Source: Planctomycetia bacterium (GTDB taxonomy: Bacteria; Planctomycetota; Planctomycetia; Pirellulales; UBA1268). From it: DNA of 64,000 nt. The notes beneath the pieces are model-generated. The model was not told the origin of the DNA, did no database searches, and was given only the letters and a program-made list of their open reading frames with translations. Of the stretch, positions 58,555 through 64,000 are shown piece after piece. Location: positions 21,989 through 85,988 of the forward strand of contig JAIOPD010000095.1 of NCBI GenBank assembly GCA_021414115.1. Direction: 5' to 3'. Made by a program: the position numbers and the translations under genes. Positions within the stretch are counted from its first letter, which is position 1; each line of letters starts with the position of its first letter.

Positions 58555-61323
58555 ATGACCCCCGAAAAAGAAGCCCGCGTCCTGATTGACCAGCACCTTC
58601 GGGATGCTGGTTGGATCGTTCAGGATCCCGACGCCATTAACTTGAGCGAGGGGATGGGCATCGCTGTCCGTGAGTTCCCTCTGAACACGGGCTTTGCGGA
58701 CTACCTCCTGTACGCGGACGGGAGGGCGATCGGCGTCGTGGAGGCCAAGCCCGAGGGATTTCCTCTCAAGGGTGTGGAGACCCAGTCCAGCAAATACACC
58801 TTTGGGCTTCCGAAGGATCTCCCCCACTACCACCTCCCTCTCCCATTCGCCTATGAGACGACAGGGAAGGCGACCCAGTTCACGAACGCCCTGGAACCCG
58901 ACTTCCGAAGCCGTGAGGTTTTCTCGTTCCATCGTCCCGAGGAATTGATTCGGCTGGTCACCAAGGATGACCAGATGCGGGCGTCACTTCGGAAGATGCC
59001 TCCCTTGGATGTCGGGCAACTGTGGAGGGTTCAGGTTGGGAGCATCACCAATCTTGAAAAGAGCCTTGCCGAGAATCGCCCGCGTGCCTTGATTCAGATG
59101 GCGACGGGGTCAGGCAAGACCTTCACGGCGGTCAACTTCTGCTACCGACTCATCAAGTACGCGGGAGCGAAGCGGATCCTTTTCCTCGTTGACCACAACA
59201 ACCTAGGGAAGCAGACACTCAACGAGTTCCAGCAGTTCTCGAGCCCCAGTACGGGCTACAAGTTCACCGAGGAGTACGAGGTTCAGCACCTCAAGGGCAA
59301 GACCATCAGCCCGAGTAGCAAGGTCTGCATCACCACGATCCAACGCCTCTATGCCATGCTCGCCAACAACGAGTTGGACGAGGAGGCAGAGGAGGGTTCG
59401 CTGTTTGAGACCGACACTTCCCTCGTCAAAGAGCCGATGATGGTCGGCTACAACCCAGCCATCCCCATAGAGACCTTTGATTTCATTGTCGTGGATGAGT
59501 GCCACCGCTCCATCTACAACCTTTGGCGACAGGTCTTGGATTATTTTGATGGGTTCCTCATCGGTCTCACCGCCACTCCCACGAAACAGACCCTGGGCTT
59601 CTTCAATGAGAATCTCGTCCAGGACTACGGTCACGAGCAGGCCGTCCTGGACAAGGTCAATGTTGGCTTTGATGTCTTCACGATTGAGACCCAGGTCACC
59701 AAGGAGGGAGCGAAACTGGTCAAGGAACCAGGTGTCTTCGTTCCCCACCGCGACCGACGCACGAAGAGCACGAAATACAAGGAACTGGACGACGACCTGA
59801 CCTACACGGCAGGGCAGTTGGATCGGGATGTCGTCAACAAGAGCCAGATCAGGCTCGTAGTGGAGACCTTCAAGAACAGGCTCCCCGAGATCTTTCCTGG
59901 TCGTACCGAGGTGCCGAAAACCCTTTTCTTCGCAAAGACCGACCAGCACGCGGAGGACATTGTCCAGACGATCCGTGAGGTCTTCGGTCGGGGCAACGAC
60001 TTCTGTCAGAAAATCACGAGCAAGAGCACGGGAGCCAAGCCCGAGGATCTGCTCAACCAGTTCCGCAATTCCTATGACCCACGCATTGCGGTCACCGTGG
60101 ACATGATCGCCACGGGGACGGATGTGAAGGCGCTGGAATGCCTGGTCTTCATGCGGAATGTGAAGTCACTGGGCTACTTTGAGCAGATGAAGGGTCGGGG
60201 ATGCAGGGTGGTTAGTCCCGACGAACTGACGAAAGTCACTCCCGACGCCAAGGTGAAGACCCACTTCGTGATCGTGGATTGCGTGGGTGTCTGCCTTGAG
60301 GAGAAATCGGCCACAAAGCCACTGGATCGGGAGCCGTCTGTCCCCTTGGACAAGTTGCTTGATCTCGTGAGCAAAGGGGTGGCGAATGACGACCTCGCCT
60401 CAAGCATCGCCTCAAAACTTGTCAGGCTGGATCAGCGTTTGGACGACAGCCAGAGGGAGATGATCCAGGACGCCTCGGGAGGCAGGAATCTCCAGCAGAT
60501 CAGTGCGGAACTCCTCGCGAGCATTGACCCTGACAAGAACACGGAACTCGCAAAGAAAAAGTTTGGAGTTGAGGAGCCGTCAGAGGAGCAGGTCCGCAAG
60601 GTGGAGCGGGAACGGGTCGCCGAAGCCCTGAAGACCTTCCACCAGCCCAAACTGCGGGAAGCCATCCTCGGGGCAAGGCGATCGTTGGATCAGGTCATAG
60701 ACGAGCAGACGCCCGATGTCCTGCTCAAAGCGGGGTTTAGCGAGGAAGCCCTCCTCAAGGCCCGCACGATGCTCACATCGTTCAAGAAGTTCATTCTGGA
60801 CAACAAGGACGAGATTGAGGCTATCAAGATCCTCTACAGCCGTCCCTACCGTGCTGGGCTTCGGTTCAAGCACATCAAGGAACTGGCGACGAAACTGAAC
60901 CAGCCCCCGTTCTATGTGGATCCGTCCCGCCCCGAGTCACTCGTTCGCCTCTGGCAAGCCTATGAACTGACCGAGCCAGAGAAGGTGAAGGGAAAGGGCG
61001 GGAAGCAGTTGGTGGATGTGGTGGCGTTGGTCAAGCACGCCTTGGATCCTTCCACACCCTTGGCTCCCATGGGCATGACCGTTGAGGAGCGGTATCAGGA
61101 GTGGCTTGGGGAGAAAGAGAAGGCTGGGGTCACCTTCACCGCGGATCAGAAGAAATGGCTGGATGCGATCAAGGATCACATAGCCAGCAGTCTCGCCATT
61201 GAACAGGACGACCTTGAAGAGGTGCCGTTCAACACGATCGGTGGACTTGGTCGTGCCTATGAGTTGTTCGGCGACAGGCTCGCTCCCATCCTTGATGAAC
61301 TCAATATGAGGCTGGCGGTATGA
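58555..61323 (+). CDS. hsdR: Type I restriction endonuclease subunit R (EcoEI/EcoAI-like)
   Basis: ADY..VEAK nuclease motif, MATGSGKT, DECHRS, LTATP, QMKGRG.R. Confidence 0.93.
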   Translation: MTPEKEARVLIDQHLRDAGWIVQDPDAINLSEGMGIAVREFPLNTGFADYLLYADGRAIGVVEAKPEGFPLKGVETQSSKYTFGLPKDLPHYHLPLPFAYETTGKATQFTNALEPDFRSREVFSFHRPEELIRLVTKDDQMRASLRKMPPLDVGQLWRVQVGSITNLEKSLAENRPRALIQMATGSGKTFTAVNFCYRLIKYAGAKRILFLVDHNNLGKQTLNEFQQFSSPSTGYKFTEEYEVQHLKGKTISPSSKVCITTIQRLYAMLANNELDEEAEEGSLFETDTSLVKEPMMVGYNPAIPIETFDFIVVDECHRSIYNLWRQVLDYFDGFLIGLTATPTKQTLGFFNENLVQDYGHEQAVLDKVNVGFDVFTIETQVTKEGAKLVKEPGVFVPHRDRRTKSTKYKELDDDLTYTAGQLDRDVVNKSQIRLVVETFKNRLPEIFPGRTEVPKTLFFAKTDQHAEDIVQTIREVFGRGNDFCQKITSKSTGAKPEDLLNQFRNSYDPRIAVTVDMIATGTDVKALECLVFMRNVKSLGYFEQMKGRGCRVVSPDELTKVTPDAKVKTHFVIVDCVGVCLEEKSATKPLDREPSVPLDKLLDLVSKGVANDDLASSIASKLVRLDQRLDDSQREMIQDASGGRNLQQISAELLASIDPDKNTELAKKKFGVEEPSEEQVRKVERERVAEALKTFHQPKLREAILGARRSLDQVIDEQTPDVLLKAGFSEEALLKARTMLTSFKKFILDNKDEIEAIKILYSRPYRAGLRFKHIKELATKLNQPPFYVDPSRPESLVRLWQAYELTEPEKVKGKGGKQLVDVVALVKHALDPSTPLAPMGMTVEERYQEWLGEKEKAGVTFTADQKKWLDAIKDHIASSLAIEQDDLEEVPFNTIGGLGRAYELFGDRLAPILDELNMRLAV

Positions 61324-62876
61324 GCGAGGACAAGGGACTGCCGAAGGGGTGGGCGGAGACACCGCTACCACTCATTGCCGAGATTAACCCGTCCAGGGGA
61401 ACAATCACGAACCCGTTGGAGTCGCCCGTCCACTTCGTCCCGATGGCGAGCGTGTCAGAAGAGTTCGGTGGCATAGATGTTTCTACCTTTAGGCCGTTGA
61501 GCGAGGTACAGAAGGGCTACACCGCTTTTCGTGAGGACGATGTTCTGTTCGCCAAGATCACGCCCTGCATGGAGAACGGAAAACTTGCGGTCGTCCCAAG
61601 GCTGGATTACGGCGTTGGCTTCGGCTCAACGGAGTTCCATGTTCTTCGTCCAACACTTGCCGTAACTCCGCGGTGGATCGGTCATTTCCTGTCGCAATCG
61701 GGAGTGCGGAGAAATGCCAGGAGGAATATGACCGGCAGTGCTGGTCAGTTGCGTGTTCCGACCGTGTGGCTCAATGACCAAGTCCTTCCGCTACCTCCCC
61801 TCCCCGAACAACATCGCATCGTTGAAAAGATTGAGGAACTCTTCAGCGACCTTGATGCGGGCGTCGCCAGCCTCCAGCGAGCCAAGGCGAATCTGAAGCG
61901 ATACAGGGCATCGGTTCTGAAGTCGGCTGTTGAGGGCAGGCTGACGGAGGAATGGCGGAACGAGCATCCCCAGGCTGAAGACGGCCAGATGCTCCTTGAT
62001 CGCATCCTTCGTGAGCGACGGGAGAAGTGGGAGAAGGATCAACTCCTAAAGTTCAAGGAAAAGGGCAAGGAGCCACCCAAAAACTGGGAGAGCAAATACG
62101 AGGAGCCATCAGCACCAGACACGAGCGACTTGCCCGAACTACCCGAGGGATGGGTGTGGGCGAGCCTTGAAGCCGTGTCGGATGTCACTGGGGGTATCAC
62201 AAAAGACAAAAAGAAGGACTCATTGCCAGGACTGCGTGAGGTGCCGTATCTGCGTGTGGCGAATGTCCAGCGAGGATTCCTTGACCTGTCCGAAATGAAG
62301 ACGATCAAGGCATCTCCCGAGGATATTCAGGAACTCGCCCTATGCAGAGGTGATGTCCTGTTCACGGAGGGAGGAGACAGGGACAAGTTGGGGCGTGGGT
62401 GGGTCTGGTCAGAGGAGTTGCCCGAGTGCATTCACCAGAACCACATCTTCCGTGCGAGGCTCTCGTCGTCGGGCATTCAGCCGTCTTTGGTGTCCCACCA
62501 CGGAAACACATTCGGACGGCAGTGGTTCACGAAGGCAGGAAAGCAGACGACCAACCTCGCTTCTATAAATCTCGGAATCCTGAAAAGGTTTCCTGTCCCT
62601 CTTCCTCCGCCCGCCGAACAAGAACAGATCGTCAGTCTCGTTGAGGAACGCCTCTCCCAGATTGATTCCGCCGAGAAGACGATTGATGCGGAACTCATCA
62701 GAGCAAAGAGGCTCCGCCAATCCATTCTGAAAATAGCCTTTGAAGGGAAACTCGTTCCCCAGGATCCGAAGGACGAGCCTGCCAGCGTCCTTCTGGAGCG
62801 GATCAAGGCGACCAGGGAAGCCGAACAGCCAAAGAAGAAAGCCAGGAAGGCGACGAAGGGGAAGGCCAAGTCATGA
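61320..62876 (+). CDS. hsdS: Type I restriction specificity subunit S
   Basis: Two TRDs (LPKGW.., LPEGW..), PLPPLPEQHRIV and PLPPPAEQEQIV, AFEGKLVPQDP.DEPA. Confidence 0.93.
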   Translation: MSEDKGLPKGWAETPLPLIAEINPSRGTITNPLESPVHFVPMASVSEEFGGIDVSTFRPLSEVQKGYTAFREDDVLFAKITPCMENGKLAVVPRLDYGVGFGSTEFHVLRPTLAVTPRWIGHFLSQSGVRRNARRNMTGSAGQLRVPTVWLNDQVLPLPPLPEQHRIVEKIEELFSDLDAGVASLQRAKANLKRYRASVLKSAVEGRLTEEWRNEHPQAEDGQMLLDRILRERREKWEKDQLLKFKEKGKEPPKNWESKYEEPSAPDTSDLPELPEGWVWASLEAVSDVTGGITKDKKKDSLPGLREVPYLRVANVQRGFLDLSEMKTIKASPEDIQELALCRGDVLFTEGGDRDKLGRGWVWSEELPECIHQNHIFRARLSSSGIQPSLVSHHGNTFGRQWFTKAGKQTTNLASINLGILKRFPVPLPPPAEQEQIVSLVEERLSQIDSAEKTIDAELIRAKRLRQSILKIAFEGKLVPQDPKDEPASVLLERIKATREAEQPKKKARKATKGKAKS

Positions 62877-63868
62877 AGGTGTTCGTTAGTTCCACTGTCT
62901 ATGACTTGGTGGACGCCAGGGCAGAGGTGGAGGCCTTGCTGACGGAAATGCACCTCACGCCAGTCCTGTCGGATAGTTCCTCCGCTTATTTTCAGATCAC
63001 TCCCGACCGCAACTCCGTTGAATGCTGTCTCGTAAATCTTCGCCAGTGCGATGCAGTGATCCTCATGTTGTCGCAACGCTATGGTCCAGCGTTGCCATTC
63101 TGGGAAGATCCGACTTTGTCGGCGACCCATGCCGAGTATCGGGAGGCCCGCAAGTGCGGTAAGCCGATCTATGTCTATGTGCGGGATCGCTTGGAAGGCG
63201 AGTTCGCGATCTACAAACGGAACCAAGACGCCTCGTTAGAGTGGCGGTGGTCAGGAAAGGACGGCAGAAGTCTCTTTGGCCTGCTCAAGGAGCATTGCAC
63301 TCCCATCACCGAGGAGAATCACAGCAATTGGTTCAGCATCTTTCGCGACTCGGTGGAACTCAAGCAACTCGTTCGTAGGGATTTCCACGCCGTTGCGTCA
63401 CGCTCTCACTTGGAGAGCCTGTTAGAAGACAATCGCATTCCGCTTGTGGGCGTTGCCGTCAGCGTGCGAGATGGTACTTCGCCCCAGTCGGCGGTGTGGC
63501 CCGTGGATGTTGTTTTTCGCAACAACGGAACGATGCCCGCCCTACGCCTTTCCTACACGCTCGGCGGAGGGGTCACGCTGGAGGCAGAGGAAGTGCCAAT
63601 ACTCGCACCGAATGAAACCCACACCCGCACCATTGAACTCCGCAACACGATCAACGGCATTGTTCAGTGGCAGGTGCTAGCCACCTACTACACAGCACAG
63701 GGGCACCGAGTACAGGATCGCTATTCCGCAGGACTCATGCACATGCCGTTGCGACTGCCGTTCTGCCACGCCACCTTGCAGAACAAGACCTACTTCCCTT
63801 CAGACGGCAGCATTATTCCCTACGACATCGCTTCTGCCGATTCACCAACAGACGCTAACAACAAATGA
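62873..63868 (+). CDS. DUF4062-domain protein inside the RM operon
   Basis: KVFVSSTVYDL..R, C..V...RYG, SATHAEY.EA. Confidence 0.8.
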   Translation: MKVFVSSTVYDLVDARAEVEALLTEMHLTPVLSDSSSAYFQITPDRNSVECCLVNLRQCDAVILMLSQRYGPALPFWEDPTLSATHAEYREARKCGKPIYVYVRDRLEGEFAIYKRNQDASLEWRWSGKDGRSLFGLLKEHCTPITEENHSNWFSIFRDSVELKQLVRRDFHAVASRSHLESLLEDNRIPLVGVAVSVRDGTSPQSAVWPVDVVFRNNGTMPALRLSYTLGGGVTLEAEEVPILAPNETHTRTIELRNTINGIVQWQVLATYYTAQGHRVQDRYSAGLMHMPLRLPFCHATLQNKTYFPSDGSIIPYDIASADSPTDANNK

Positions 63869-64000
63869 CCAACAACCAATCCCAACAGATCGTCAACAAG
63901 GCATGGAACTTCGCCCATGTCCTCCGTGACGACGGCCTGTCCTACATGGGCTACACGGAACAGATCACCTTCCTTCTGTTCCTCAAGATGGCGGATGAAC
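63865..64000 (+). CDS. hsdM: Type I methyltransferase subunit M (5' part)
   Basis: MTNNQSQQIVNKAWNFAHVLRDDGLSY..Y.EQITFLLFLKMADE. Confidence 0.9.
   Translation, partial: MTNNQSQQIVNKAWNFAHVLRDDGLSYMGYTEQITFLLFLKMADE

Larger units (their letters stand above)
49650..64000. mobile_element. Integrative element/genomic island (right end outside window)
   Basis: Starts at an att-like site; visibly more AT-rich codon usage; carries a tyrosine recombinase, HTH, RuvB paralog and type I RM. Confidence 0.75.

Overview
High-GC bacterial DNA, almost certainly from a planctomycete (two DUF1559 prepilin-type genes, a PEP-CTERM protein, planctomycete-style sigma-70, vWA and redoxin genes). 1-23.9 kb is ordinary chromosome: floA, mnmA, apt, a sigma factor, an NtrC-type two-component pair, uxaC, mscL, a patatin, crcB and a small glycan-modification cluster. 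From about 23.9 kb to the end the window is accessory DNA. It is punctuated by eight co-oriented copies of a 17-22 bp core, AAAGCTCCCCGAGTAGG(AT(TCG)), which is the reverse complement of a tRNA-Asn-like 3' end. In seven of the eight copies a GCGAC(T/G)CA arm motif, normally a tandem repeat, starts exactly 68 bp after the core start. These att-like sites split the region into integrase-less cassettes. Five of 0.9-1.9 kb carry mostly toxin-antitoxin pairs, one of 12.8 kb carries sulfatases and porins, and one is 6.2 kb. A final lower-GC element of more than 14 kb encodes a RuvB paralog-HTH-tyrosine recombinase operon, a sigma-like protein, repeated divergent mini-modules and a type I restriction-modification system. 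The tRNA-att cassette array and the RuvB-HTH-recombinase operon are the best candidates for undescribed systems. All calls come from reading the sequence and recalling motifs; no database searches were run.
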